Under the pieces are notes generated by a model, which saw nothing but the letters and a program-made list of their open reading frames with translations, was not told the origin of the DNA and searched no databases. From an uncultured Muribaculaceae bacterium (GTDB taxonomy: Bacteria > Bacillota_I > Bacilli_A > RF39 > UBA660), in NCBI GenBank assembly GCA_964384115.1, contig CAYLJU010000002.1, positions 4,912 through 68,911 of the forward strand: a stretch of 64,000 bases of DNA. Direction: 5' to 3'. Shown here piece after piece: positions 18,186 to 30,413 of this stretch. The position numbers and the translations under genes are program-made. How positions within the stretch are numbered: the first letter of the stretch is position 1; each line of letters opens with the position of its first letter.

Positions 18186-19414
18186 AATTATATGATGAAT
18201 TAGTTTGGAGAGGTCTTGTTAAAGATGTTTCTAGTGAAGAATTAAAGAATAAGTTAAATGATGAAAAAATTACATTTTACTGGGGTACTGATCCAACCGC
18301 GCCTTCACTTCATCTTGGTCATTATTCTTCACTTGTTACGGCTAAGAGACTTGCTAAGGCAGGGCATCATCCAATTCTTTTAGTTGGTGGTGCGACTGGT
18401 TTGATTGGTGATCCAAGACCTACTAGTGAAAGAGAAATAATTTCTAAAGAAACAGTTTTAAAAAATATAGATGGTATAAGAAAACAAGTTGATCGTATTT
18501 TTGATGGTAAAGCTGAAATTGTTAATAACTATGATTGGATGAAGGATTATAGTTTCTTGGATTTTTTGAGAGATGTTGGTAAGTATATAAATGTTAATTA
18601 TATGCTTGATAAAGATATTATTAACAGAAGATTAGAAACTGGTATTACTTTTGCTGAATTTTCTTATACATTAATTCAGGGATATGATTTTTTACATTTG
18701 TTTAGAGAAAAAAATTGTATTTTGCAAGCAGAAGGATCTGATCAGTGGGGAAATATTACTACTGGTTTAGAGTTGATTAAAAAAATTGAGGGAAAAGAAG
18801 CATTTGGTTTTACAATGCCTTTAGTTTTAGATAAATATGGTAATAAATTTGGTAAATCAGAAGGTAATGCTTTATGGCTTGATAAGAATTTAACTTCTAG
18901 TTATGAATTGTATCAATATTTAATTAATGTTGATGATTCTATGGTAATTAGTTATTTGAAAATTTTTACGTTTTTAACTAAAGAAGAAATAGAAGAATTA
19001 GAGGTATCCAATAATTTAGAACCGGAAAAGAGACTTGCTCATAAGGCTTTAGCACGTGAGGTTATTACTGATTTACATGGAAAAGATGAATATGATAAAG
19101 CTGTAAAGTTAAGTGAAGTTTTATTTAGTGGTCATGTTAAAGAATTGTCAAGTGATGAACTTGAGTTAGTGTTTAAAAATATGCCTCATGTTAATGTTGA
19201 AAGTGGTTTAAACATTGTTGATTTTTTAGTTAATACTGGTATTTGTTCGTCTAAAAGAGAAGGTAGAGAATTTGTAATGAGTTCTTCTATTACAATTAAT
19301 GAAGAAAAAATAAATGATGTTAATGCTATCGTTGATAAGAATTTATCAATTAATGATGATACTTTGGTTGTTAGAAAAGGTAAAAAGAAATATTTTATTG
19401 TAAAATTGGTATAA
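18182..19414 (+). CDS. tyrS: Tyrosyl-tRNA synthetase
   Basis: 'GTDPTAPSLHLGH' (HIGH), 'KFGKS' (KMSKS), C-terminal S4 domain. Confidence 0.88.
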   Translation: MKLYDELVWRGLVKDVSSEELKNKLNDEKITFYWGTDPTAPSLHLGHYSSLVTAKRLAKAGHHPILLVGGATGLIGDPRPTSEREIISKETVLKNIDGIRKQVDRIFDGKAEIVNNYDWMKDYSFLDFLRDVGKYINVNYMLDKDIINRRLETGITFAEFSYTLIQGYDFLHLFREKNCILQAEGSDQWGNITTGLELIKKIEGKEAFGFTMPLVLDKYGNKFGKSEGNALWLDKNLTSSYELYQYLINVDDSMVISYLKIFTFLTKEEIEELEVSNNLEPEKRLAHKALAREVITDLHGKDEYDKAVKLSEVLFSGHVKELSSDELELVFKNMPHVNVESGLNIVDFLVNTGICSSKREGREFVMSSSITINEEKINDVNAIVDKNLSINDDTLVVRKGKKKYFIVKLV

Positions 19415-19497
19415 GTAGTTAACTTTTTGTTTAAAAGGACTTGCAATAGTTATTAAAAACTGATAAAATATATCTCGTAACTGTTAGTTACTTGATA

Positions 19498-19573
19498 GCA
19501 CGTATGGTGAAGCGGTTAACACGGCGGATTGTGGTTCCGTTATGCGTGGGTTCGAACCCCACTATGTGCTCCA
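19498..19573 (+). tRNA. tRNA-His (anticodon GUG)
   Basis: A cloverleaf can be folded by eye: 7-bp acceptor, D-arm AGCGGTTA, anticodon stem GCGGA/TCCGT with loop TTGTGGT, T-arm GTGGG-TTCGAAC-CCCAC, encoded CCA. Position -1 is A and the discriminator is U (not the usual G-1/C73). Promoter TTGCAA-17-TAAAAT upstream. Confidence 0.8.
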
Positions 19574-19727
19574 TATTAAAATATACTTGAAATTTCAAGT
19601 TTAAAACTAATCTATAAATAGATTAGTTTTTTTGTTTTAAAATTTACTTAGTTAAATAATATTTGCTTAAATAATTTGTTTGAATAAAAAATGTATGTTA
19701 TAATATCTAACTAAAGGAGGCTTTATA

Positions 19728-20693
19728 ATGACAATTGAACAAGCAGAAAGATTTTATGAACAGGATAATAAAAATTATGAAATAAAAAAAAACAAAGTTT
19801 TTTTAAATTGGTTAGAAAATATTATAGATGATGGCTATAATTGTTTTATAAAAATTGAAGAATTACAGGAATTAATTAATAATATAGTTAATTGGTATGA
19901 AATTAAATATCCTGAAAGAGAATTAGAAAATCTTGAAGGAATTAGAAATGAAAAATTTAAAGATATTAAAAGAATTTCAAATGTAATGGATATTAAACAA
20001 TTATTATTCAGATTACCACATAATCAATTATGTTTAATAGAATGTGGATATAGAGCTAATGGTGGGATTCAATATCAAATTTATGAAAATGGTCAAGTTA
20101 AATGGAAAAGTCAAATAATTATAAGAACAAATAAAAAGAATGAAAAAAATAATTTTTTTGTTAATAAAATACCATATTTTTTAATTTATGCAGATTATAT
20201 GACTGGTGAAATATCAAAAAATTATGAATTAGGTGAATATTTAAATAGTGAAAAAAATATAACTTTAGATGAATTGTTATCAATTTTTAATAAAAAATAT
20301 GTTGATGTATTAGATTTTACTGAATTGAAACAAAGTGTATATAATCATAATTGCGATATTGAATTAAGACGTAGAATTTTGCAACTTACAGCACTTAAGT
20401 TATTATATTCTAAAAATACTATTCCAGAGAGAGGATATGAAAGAGCTAAAAGATTTATAAATGAATTTAATAAAAAATTATGTCTTAATTTATCTACAGA
20501 AGAAATAGATGAAATAATTTATAGAAATTATAATAATAAAGATAAATGTGCATATTTTTTTAAACCTTATGATTATGAACAAGAAGAAAAATGTTTGTAC
20601 TATAGTGTTGAAAATGTATGTGAAGGAAAAAGAGATAAAATTAAAGGTATAAAAAGATTATTAAAAATAATGTATAATAAAAATAGAAAATAA
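19728..20693 (+). CDS. Hypothetical protein (321 aa)
   Basis: Strong RBS AAGGAGG; no recognisable domain; first gene downstream of tRNA-His. Confidence 0.4.
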   Translation: MTIEQAERFYEQDNKNYEIKKNKVFLNWLENIIDDGYNCFIKIEELQELINNIVNWYEIKYPERELENLEGIRNEKFKDIKRISNVMDIKQLLFRLPHNQLCLIECGYRANGGIQYQIYENGQVKWKSQIIIRTNKKNEKNNFFVNKIPYFLIYADYMTGEISKNYELGEYLNSEKNITLDELLSIFNKKYVDVLDFTELKQSVYNHNCDIELRRRILQLTALKLLYSKNTIPERGYERAKRFINEFNKKLCLNLSTEEIDEIIYRNYNNKDKCAYFFKPYDYEQEEKCLYYSVENVCEGKRDKIKGIKRLLKIMYNKNRK

Positions 20694-20794
20694 AGCTAGT
20701 AATGCTTATTTATATAAATAAGAAATGCTATGCTTTTTTTATTAAATATATTGATAATATTTTTTGTTTATGTTAAATTAGTATTAGTGATGAT

Positions 20795-21418
20795 ATGAAG
20801 CAGATATATACAGAATATGGTTATTATAGTGGTAATCATGTGAATTTATTTATTTTAAAAAATATGTTTAAAGATTTTATTAGATTTTTTACAAATAAAT
20901 ATGTTATTTTTAGATGTAAAAGTATTTGGGGTGTAAAAAATAAAATAATGGAAAAAAACTTAAGAGGTGGAATATATACTTCGTTTTATATTGACTATTT
21001 TAATAAGCATAATTCTTATGTTGGTTTAAATACAATATTTAAAGGTATTCCTTGTTTACCACATGGATTTAATGGAATATTTATATCTGATAATGCTGTA
21101 ATAGGTAAAAATTGTGTTATATTTCAAGGTGTTACGATTGGATCAAATACATTAGAAGAAACAAAAAATTTTGGCTCTCCTGTGATTGGTAATAATTGCT
21201 ATATTGGTGCAGGTGCTAAGATAATTGGAAATGTACATATTGGAGATAATGTAAGAATTGGCGCTAATGCTATCGTTACATTTGATGTACCAAGTAATTG
21301 TACAGTTGTTTTAAATAAACCTAGGATTATTAAGAAAAATAGACTTAATAATAGGTTTGTTAAATATATTGGAAAAAATAAATATTATTATAAAGATGGA
21401 TTATACCATAAAATATAA
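20795..21418 (+). CDS. Hexapeptide-repeat acetyltransferase (serine O-acetyltransferase-like)
   Basis: Left-handed beta-helix repeats 'VIGKNCVIFQGVTIG...VIGNNCYIGAGAKIIGNVHIGDNVRIGANAIV'; the true start may be the internal Met near 20948. Confidence 0.65.
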   Translation: MKQIYTEYGYYSGNHVNLFILKNMFKDFIRFFTNKYVIFRCKSIWGVKNKIMEKNLRGGIYTSFYIDYFNKHNSYVGLNTIFKGIPCLPHGFNGIFISDNAVIGKNCVIFQGVTIGSNTLEETKNFGSPVIGNNCYIGAGAKIIGNVHIGDNVRIGANAIVTFDVPSNCTVVLNKPRIIKKNRLNNRFVKYIGKNKYYYKDGLYHKI

Positions 21419-21638
21419 AGTCTCAATTATTTTGAGATTTTTTTATAAAAAAAAACAATTATTAATAATTGTTTTGGGAAAGTAAGCAATATCCCTTTTT
21501 ATTCTTAACAGACCTGCTACCTTACTTTCAGTTTTATTATAGCAATTATTATATGTATAGGCAATTAAAATTTGTTTACTAAATGTCTAGTAGTGTAAAT
21601 AAATATATGTTATAATAGTTTGGATTTAGAGGTGTTAT

Positions 21639-24600
21639 ATGGTTGATTTGTATGAAAATGATTCTAAGGTGTATGCAGAAAATTATAGTAAAATAAGAGA
21701 TTTTATTAATAGAAGTGATATACAAAAGGCAAATAGTATAGAATCTTCATATGTATATTATAGGGGATATCAAAATATCGGGGATTCTAAGAGACACCTT
21801 TTTATTATTAGATCAACAAGAAATATTTATACAACTTATTATGCTTTTATTTTTATAGATAAAGATAGTAATATAAAAAAATTAAAGTGTGATTGTCCTC
21901 AATTTGAAAATTATGGAAGTTGTAAACATTTAGCAGCTTGTTTTCAACATTATAGTGCTGAAATGTTTGGTAGAAAGAAAAAAAGTGATGAAGATATTTC
22001 TAGACAAATTTTGGATAAATATTTTGAAGAAAATAAATCTGTTATAAAAAAAGAGGTAAAATTAAATATTAGCATTATTCCACATGTATCTGATTATTCT
22101 AATAATTATGAATTAAAAATTACAATTGGTACTAATAAAATGTATTCTTTATCTTCACATTTTTCTTCTTTTAGAAATGCTTATATTAATCATAATGGTA
22201 AATGTAAATTTGGAAAAGAATTTATTTTTGATTATAATGAATATTATTTTAGTAATCAAAATAAAAAATTTCTTGATTATATATTTAAAAATAATATTAA
22301 TTTATCTTATGGATATATATCTGGTAGTACACTTTCATATATACTTCCTAATATTGATTTTTCATTTTATTTTGATAATCATTTAATAAATTATATAATT
22401 GAAGGATTTCCTTTTAAAACAAATATTTGTAAAAATGATGATCAATATGAACTTATTTTTGATATGAATGATTTTTATTATTTTGGAAATGATTATGTTT
22501 ATTGTGATGGTAATATTTATCATTTAACTTATAAGGAAAAAGATTTAGTTAATGATTTAATTGAAGGAGAAATTACTAAAATTAAATTTAAAAAAGATGA
22601 TTTTAAGAAATTTACAAGTGGTATTCTTCCTATAGTAAAAAATAATATAGAAATTGATTCTAATATGAAAGATGAACTTGTTATTATAAATAAACCTGAT
22701 GTTAAATTATATTTTGATATTAATAATAAAGAAATAGTTTGTAATATAAAATTTGATTATAATGGTGATATTGATTATTTTGATGATAGTAGTAATATAA
22801 TAAGAGATGTTGATTTTGAAAGTACTGTTATAAATGATGTATTTGAATATGGGTTTAGATTAGAAAATAAAAAAATAGTGCTGGATGATTTAGATAAAAT
22901 GGTTTCTTTTATCGAAAATGGTTTAAATGATATTGCTTTAAAATATAATATTTATACTTCTGAGAATTTAAAAAAGGTAAATATTAAGAAAAAAACTAAT
23001 ATTTCTAGTATGTTTAGTTTAGGTCAAGATAATATAATGAGTTATAGTTTTAATTTAGATGGTTTAAATAAAAATGAATTTGTTAATATTTTAAAAAATG
23101 TTAGATTAAAAAAGAAATACTATAGATTAAAAAATGGTGATATTTTAAACTTAAATGATGATAATTTAAATGAAATTAATAATTTGATTGATGATATGGA
23201 TATTAGTGATTCTGATATTATTAATGGAAAAGGTGAAATTTTAAAATATCGGGCTATATATTTAGATAGTTTAAGGAAATCAAAATATCATAATGTTGAA
23301 ACAGATAATTTGTTTGATAATTTTATTGATAATTTTTATAAATATAAAGATTGTAATATTGAATTTTCAAAAGATGATTTAAGTATTTTACGTGATTATC
23401 AAATTACTGGTGTTAAATGGTTATATAATTTAGATAAAACTGGTTTTGGTGGTATTTTAGCTGATGAAATGGGTCTTGGTAAAACTATACAAATTATATA
23501 TTACATTAAACAAATATTAAAAGAAGATGTAAACAGTAAATTTTTGATTGTTGTTCCAACTTCACTTGCATATAATTGGGTTTATGAATTTAATAAATTT
23601 GGTTCTGATATAAGTGTTTTATTGATTGTTGGAAATAGAAGTATTAGAGACGAATTATTTAAAGAAAAAAATAAATATAATGTAATTATTACAACATATG
23701 GTTTACTTAGAGAAGATGAAGAAAACTATATAAATGATTATTATAATACAATGATAATTGATGAAGCTCAAAATATTAAAAATTATATGGCTGGTTTAAC
23801 TAAATCGGTTAAGAGAATAAAGGCAAAAACTAAATTTGCATTAACTGGTACGCCAATTGAAAATTCTACTTTAGAATTGTGGAGTATATTTGATTTTATT
23901 ATGCCTGGTTATTTAGCTAGTATTCAAAAATTTCAGGGAAAATATAAAATTAATGAATTTAATGATGATACTGAATATTTGATAAGTGGTCTTAATAATC
24001 AAATAAATCCATTTATTTTAAGGAGAAGAAAAAAAGATGTTATTAAAGAATTACCAGAAAAGTTAGAAAATAATATTTTTATTGATTTATCTGATGAGCA
24101 AAAAAAATTATATGTTTCTGAACTTGAAAATGTAAGGGAAAAGATGAATGAATTATTAGTTTCTGGTGGTGTTAGTAAAGTAAGATTTATGATTTTACAG
24201 TTACTTATGAAATTAAGACAGATTTGTATTGATCCTTCAATTGTTTATGAAGATTATAATGGTGGATCTAATAAGATTGATACTTTAATAAATGTTGTTT
24301 TGGAATCTGTTTATAATAATCATAAGATTTTGATTTTTACTTCTTTTAAAACGGCTTTAAATATTGTTAAAAAAAGACTTGATAAAGAAAATATAAAATC
24401 TTTTATAATTGATGGTTCTGTTAAAAGTAAAGATAGGTTAGATAGGGTTAATGAGTTTAATGATAGTAGTGATTCATGTGTGTTTTTGATTATGCTTAAA
24501 TCTGGTGGAACTGGTTTAAATTTAACTAGCGCGGATGTTGTTATTCATCTTGATTTATGGTGGAATCCACAGGCTGAAAATCAAGCTACTGATAGGGCAC

Positions 24601-24803
24601 ATCGTATTGGTCAGAAGAATACGGTAGAGGTTATTAAACTTATTACTAGGGGGACTATTGAGGAAAAGATACTTGTTTTACAGGATAAAAAGAGAAAACT
24701 TAGTGATAAGATTATTGATGGAACTGATAGGTGTGAAAATATTATTTCTAGTCTAACTGAAAAGGATATTAGAAATTTGCTTTCATATGAAAATAAAGAG
24801 TAG
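21639..24803 (+). CDS. SNF2-family helicase with N-terminal SWIM zinc finger (YwqA/RapA-like)
   Basis: SWIM 'CDCPQFENYGSCKHLAACFQHY'; SNF2 ATPase 'LRDYQITGVKWL', 'ADEMGLGKTIQ', 'DEAQNIKN'; helicase-C 'FLIMLKSGGTGLNLTSADVVIHLDLWWNP..DRAHRIGQ'. Confidence 0.85.
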   Translation: MVDLYENDSKVYAENYSKIRDFINRSDIQKANSIESSYVYYRGYQNIGDSKRHLFIIRSTRNIYTTYYAFIFIDKDSNIKKLKCDCPQFENYGSCKHLAACFQHYSAEMFGRKKKSDEDISRQILDKYFEENKSVIKKEVKLNISIIPHVSDYSNNYELKITIGTNKMYSLSSHFSSFRNAYINHNGKCKFGKEFIFDYNEYYFSNQNKKFLDYIFKNNINLSYGYISGSTLSYILPNIDFSFYFDNHLINYIIEGFPFKTNICKNDDQYELIFDMNDFYYFGNDYVYCDGNIYHLTYKEKDLVNDLIEGEITKIKFKKDDFKKFTSGILPIVKNNIEIDSNMKDELVIINKPDVKLYFDINNKEIVCNIKFDYNGDIDYFDDSSNIIRDVDFESTVINDVFEYGFRLENKKIVLDDLDKMVSFIENGLNDIALKYNIYTSENLKKVNIKKKTNISSMFSLGQDNIMSYSFNLDGLNKNEFVNILKNVRLKKKYYRLKNGDILNLNDDNLNEINNLIDDMDISDSDIINGKGEILKYRAIYLDSLRKSKYHNVETDNLFDNFIDNFYKYKDCNIEFSKDDLSILRDYQITGVKWLYNLDKTGFGGILADEMGLGKTIQIIYYIKQILKEDVNSKFLIVVPTSLAYNWVYEFNKFGSDISVLLIVGNRSIRDELFKEKNKYNVIITTYGLLREDEENYINDYYNTMIIDEAQNIKNYMAGLTKSVKRIKAKTKFALTGTPIENSTLELWSIFDFIMPGYLASIQKFQGKYKINEFNDDTEYLISGLNNQINPFILRRRKKDVIKELPEKLENNIFIDLSDEQKKLYVSELENVREKMNELLVSGGVSKVRFMILQLLMKLRQICIDPSIVYEDYNGGSNKIDTLINVVLESVYNNHKILIFTSFKTALNIVKKRLDKENIKSFIIDGSVKSKDRLDRVNEFNDSSDSCVFLIMLKSGGTGLNLTSADVVIHLDLWWNPQAENQATDRAHRIGQKNTVEVIKLITRGTIEEKILVLQDKKRKLSDKIIDGTDRCENIISSLTEKDIRNLLSYENKE

Positions 24804-24810
24804 GGTGAAC

Positions 24811-25941
24811 CTACTCTTTATAAAGTATATCTAAGTCTACAGCGCCATTTATTCCATTAATTGATCCTGTAGATGAATTTTGCCATATTAGATAATCTTT
24901 TTCATATGTTGTTTTTTTTGTATAATGGGCAAGCCATGTTTTATATTCTTTTAAATTCCATACTTGATTTAAATAGTTTAAACTGCTATATAGCATACTA
25001 TCATATCCAGCTTTAATGCATTCATCCATAAATGCTTTAGCTATATTATTAATATCTAAAAAATTTAATTGATAATCATCAAAATATGTCCATGATTCCC
25101 AGTCAAATGTTATTGGTAGATCTAATTTTATTCCATCTAATTCTTGTATTATCCATGATGCTTGCTTTTTTGCTTCATCAATTGTTTTGGCATATGAATA
25201 AAAGTATATTCCTACTAAAAGTCCTTCTTCTTTAGCATTTTTTATATTGTTTTTGAATTTACTATCCATTACTATGTTATTTTTTGAGTCATGACCGAAG
25301 CCAATTCTTATCATAACAAATTCGGCACCTGCTTCTTTTACTTTTTTAAAATTTATATCACCTTGCCATACAGAAACGTCAATTCCTACCATTGTATTAT
25401 CATTTTTATATTCTTTTTTAAATTCATCAAATTTATAGTATGTTGGTGTATTTGGAGTAATATTTTGTTTATTTCTAACGATTATTTTAGTTTCTTTTTC
25501 TGTGTAATTGCCTGATGAATCGGTTACTTTTAATGTTAGTGGATAGGTTCCTATTTTGTTTATGTCATAACTTCCTATTATTTCTAATTTTAAATTTCGA
25601 TCATAGTTATCACCGAAAAATAATTTGCTTTTTAAATCAAATTTTTTTCCAATTTCAGTATAATAGGTGCTTGAAACCCCAAGAATTGGTTTTGTTGTAT
25701 CAACAATATTTATTTTTAAATTGTTGGTTATTATATTATCATTTTCTTTAGTTTTATAGATTATGTTTTTAGTTCCTAATTCAGTTGTTTCGATATTTAT
25801 TTTTGGTGTTATGATTTGACTTTTTTCTATTTCTTGTAATGATATTTTACTTCCATATTCTACTACCATTTCTTTATATACAATGTTTTCTTTTTTACAT
25901 CCTGTTAGTAATATTATAAAAAGTATAAGTATTATTTTCAT
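24811..25941 (-). CDS. Lipoprotein with GH25 muramidase (lysozyme) domain and Ig-like repeats
   Basis: Lipobox 'LLTGC'; C-terminal 'GIDVSVWQGDINFKKVKEAGAEFVMIRIGFG...DLPITFDWE' is GH25. Confidence 0.7.
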   Translation of the reverse strand: MKIILILFIILLTGCKKENIVYKEMVVEYGSKISLQEIEKSQIITPKINIETTELGTKNIIYKTKENDNIITNNLKINIVDTTKPILGVSSTYYTEIGKKFDLKSKLFFGDNYDRNLKLEIIGSYDINKIGTYPLTLKVTDSSGNYTEKETKIIVRNKQNITPNTPTYYKFDEFKKEYKNDNTMVGIDVSVWQGDINFKKVKEAGAEFVMIRIGFGHDSKNNIVMDSKFKNNIKNAKEEGLLVGIYFYSYAKTIDEAKKQASWIIQELDGIKLDLPITFDWESWTYFDDYQLNFLDINNIAKAFMDECIKAGYDSMLYSSLNYLNQVWNLKEYKTWLAHYTKKTTYEKDYLIWQNSSTGSINGINGAVDLDILYKE

Positions 25942-26037
25942 AGTTCCTCCGTTTATATATATACCATAATCTATTATAAAAAACAATTAATATGCATTAA
26001 TATTTATAAATTTTCCATATTAATATTAGGTGATATT

Positions 26038-27501
26038 TTGGAAAATAAGAGTATTTGGCAGTATGACGTTGATTGTTTAAAATATAATAAGCTAGATAAG
26101 GATATTAACTGTGATATTTTAATTATTGGTGGTGGGATTGCTGGACTTTCTTCAGCTTATTTTTTTAGAAACAGTAAATATAAAATTGTTTTGGTTGATC
26201 GGAAAATATGTGGTTTTGGTATAAGTAGTATGAGTACTGGTAAATTAACTTATATGCAGAATTTAATTTATAATAATTTAAAGAAAAATTATGATGAAAA
26301 TAGAGCTTTACTTTATTTAAATTCACAGAAAGAAGCTATTGATATTGTTAAAAATATTATTAATAGTAATAATATTGATTGTGATTATGTAGATACTTCT
26401 TCATATGTTTTTACTAATGATAAAAAGAGAATTAAAGATTTGGAAAAAGAAATTGCTTTTTATAAAAAAAATAATATTAAATGTGATATTACAGATATTC
26501 CTACCAAATATCCTTCTATTTATGGTTTTAAAATTGAATGTGGTGGTGTTTTTAATCCTGTAAAGTATTTGATGAAATTAAGAGATATTATAGGTGAAAT
26601 GATAGATATTTATGAAAATACTGGTATTATTAAGTTAGATAAAAATGATGGCTTTTATAAAGCTTATACTGATTCTGGTAATATTATTTCTTCTAAATAT
26701 GTTATTGTTTGTACACATTATCCTTTTTTCATTGTTCCGTTTTTTTTACCTTTTAAAAGTAGTGTTGAAAAGTCATATTTAGTTTGTGGTGAATGTAAGA
26801 AAAATGATAATATTCAACTTATTTCTGATGAAGTTTCTTTTAGATATTATAAATTAAAAAATAAAAATTATTTTATTTATGGTAGATGTAGTCATAAAGT
26901 ATGTGATTTTTTAGATGATAGAGATAGTTACAATGAAATATTAGATGAGTTTCAAAAATATTTTAATGGTAATCTTAAATGTTACTGGCTTAATCATGAT
27001 ATTATGAGTTATGATGGATTACCTTATATAGGAGAAGTTGATAATAATTTATATATCGCCTCTGGTTTTAATAAATGGGGTAATACTAATGGTACTATTG
27101 CTGGTAAGGTTATATATGATATTATTATGAAAAATGATAATCCTTATATTGAATTATTTAATCCTCACAGGGGTATTTCTTTTGATAAGGTTAAAAACTT
27201 ATTTATATACAATTTTAGTGTTATGAAAAGATATATATTAAATAAAATAGTTCCTCTAATTAAGTATTATGATGATAATGTTAGTGTTAAACTAATTGAT
27301 GGAAAACTTTGTGGTATTTATATTGATGAAAATAAAAATAAACATATTGTTTCTAATATATGTCCTCATATGAAATGTAATCTTATTTTTAATTATGTAG
27401 ATAAGACATGGGATTGTCCTTGTCATGGTTCTAGATTTGATAAAGATGGTAATTTAATATTTGGACCTTCTGTATATGATATTAAGATCGATAAAAAATA
27501 A
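26038..27501 (+). CDS. FAD-dependent oxidoreductase fused to a Rieske [2Fe-2S] domain (YhfW-like)
   Basis: 'ILIIGGGIAGLSSAY' dinucleotide-binding motif; C-terminal 'CPHMKC...CPCHGSRFD' Rieske box. Confidence 0.75.
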   Translation: MENKSIWQYDVDCLKYNKLDKDINCDILIIGGGIAGLSSAYFFRNSKYKIVLVDRKICGFGISSMSTGKLTYMQNLIYNNLKKNYDENRALLYLNSQKEAIDIVKNIINSNNIDCDYVDTSSYVFTNDKKRIKDLEKEIAFYKKNNIKCDITDIPTKYPSIYGFKIECGGVFNPVKYLMKLRDIIGEMIDIYENTGIIKLDKNDGFYKAYTDSGNIISSKYVIVCTHYPFFIVPFFLPFKSSVEKSYLVCGECKKNDNIQLISDEVSFRYYKLKNKNYFIYGRCSHKVCDFLDDRDSYNEILDEFQKYFNGNLKCYWLNHDIMSYDGLPYIGEVDNNLYIASGFNKWGNTNGTIAGKVIYDIIMKNDNPYIELFNPHRGISFDKVKNLFIYNFSVMKRYILNKIVPLIKYYDDNVSVKLIDGKLCGIYIDENKNKHIVSNICPHMKCNLIFNYVDKTWDCPCHGSRFDKDGNLIFGPSVYDIKIDKK

Positions 27502-27568
27502 TATTTTATATTTAAAAATTATAGACAAATTTATGGTGTCCGTGCTATACTTTTTTTGTTAAAGTTAG

Positions 27569-29182
<1,614 letters not shown>

Positions 29183-29207
29183 AAATTCTATTTTTTAATA
29201 GAATTTT

Positions 29208-30413
29208 TTAATGTTTTAACCAATTTTTTCCATCTAATAAGTATGTTACTAACATAGATGACGCTGAATCGCCGACAACATTTAATACTGTTGCTGGGGC
29301 ATCTATTATTGTTGCAATTATTGTTAACATTGGTAGTGATGCTATTGGAGCACCTAGCATTGTTATGATGAACATTTCAGATATTGTGCCACCACCGATT
29401 GGTAGTGCTGTTACTAATAGAGTTGCTATTAATGCTGTTAGTAAAAGTTTTGTAAATGATATGTCAATATTAAACATACATACAAGAAACATGATTTTAA
29501 ATACGCTACCAACTATTGAACCGTCTTTATGAAAATTTGTTCCAAGTGGTATTGTTGTTGAGTATATTTCTTCATTAATTCCTATTTTTTTTGCTGCTTC
29601 ACAATTTGATGGTATTGATGCTGCTGATGAGCATGTTGATATGGCTGTTATTGTTGGATTTATTATGTTTTTGAAATATCTTTTTATTCCTTCTTTTCCT
29701 CCTGCTATGTAGGCATATAATCCATATATTATGAAGTATATAAATATTGATGTTACTAGATAGATTAAAAAAGTTTTAATATAACTGGAAGTTATGCTTC
29801 CCCCGAAATTTCCTACTAAGACTGCAAAATATGTTCCAAGTCCGATTGGTGCGTATAACATGATAATATGTATTATTTTATTGATTACTTCTTTTAAACT
29901 TTCAAGTAATTCTAGTGTTTTTTGTCCTTTTTCATTGGATAAATTTAATGCAAGACCAAATATGATTGATGCTATTATTAATGCTATCATGTTATTTATG
30001 TTTAGAAGATCACTAAAATTATTTACGGATAGAGAACTTACAAATTTGTCTAAGAAGTTTATTTTTTCTACTATTGATGTTTCATAAGTATAGGTGTTTG
30101 ATTTTATTAATGGTGAGGTAGTGGATGCTATTATTCCTATTAGGGCACTTATTATTGATGTTGCGAGAAATATTAAGAATGTTGTTAATAGGACTTTACT
30201 TATTCTTTTTGGTTTTTCGATTTTGCCTATTGCTGTTGTTATGTTTAAGAAGATTACTGGTATTACTATACATGTTAACATATTTATGAATAAATCTCCT
30301 AAGGATTTTATATTATTTGTTTTTTCTTTAAATATTAGTCCTACTATGGCACCTATAATAATACTAATTATAAGATAGATGGATGTCTTATAATTTTTCC
30401 AAATGTTTTTCAT
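29208..30413 (-). CDS. Dicarboxylate/amino-acid:cation symporter (DAACS family, SstT/GltP-like)
   Basis: 401-aa polytopic protein; DAACS-like motifs 'SSAASIP' and 'DGSIVGSV'; bidirectional terminator at 29183-29210. Confidence 0.65.
   Translation of the reverse strand: MKNIWKNYKTSIYLIISIIIGAIVGLIFKEKTNNIKSLGDLFINMLTCIVIPVIFLNITTAIGKIEKPKRISKVLLTTFLIFLATSIISALIGIIASTTSPLIKSNTYTYETSIVEKINFLDKFVSSLSVNNFSDLLNINNMIALIIASIIFGLALNLSNEKGQKTLELLESLKEVINKIIHIIMLYAPIGLGTYFAVLVGNFGGSITSSYIKTFLIYLVTSIFIYFIIYGLYAYIAGGKEGIKRYFKNIINPTITAISTCSSAASIPSNCEAAKKIGINEEIYSTTIPLGTNFHKDGSIVGSVFKIMFLVCMFNIDISFTKLLLTALIATLLVTALPIGGGTISEMFIITMLGAPIASLPMLTIIATIIDAPATVLNVVGDSASSMLVTYLLDGKNWLKH

Noticed and set aside
24811-25941. 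GH25 lysozyme considered as a prophage endolysin
   Set aside because: It has a lipoprotein signal (LTGC) and Ig-like repeats, and no holin or structural phage genes flank it. It looks like a host autolysin.
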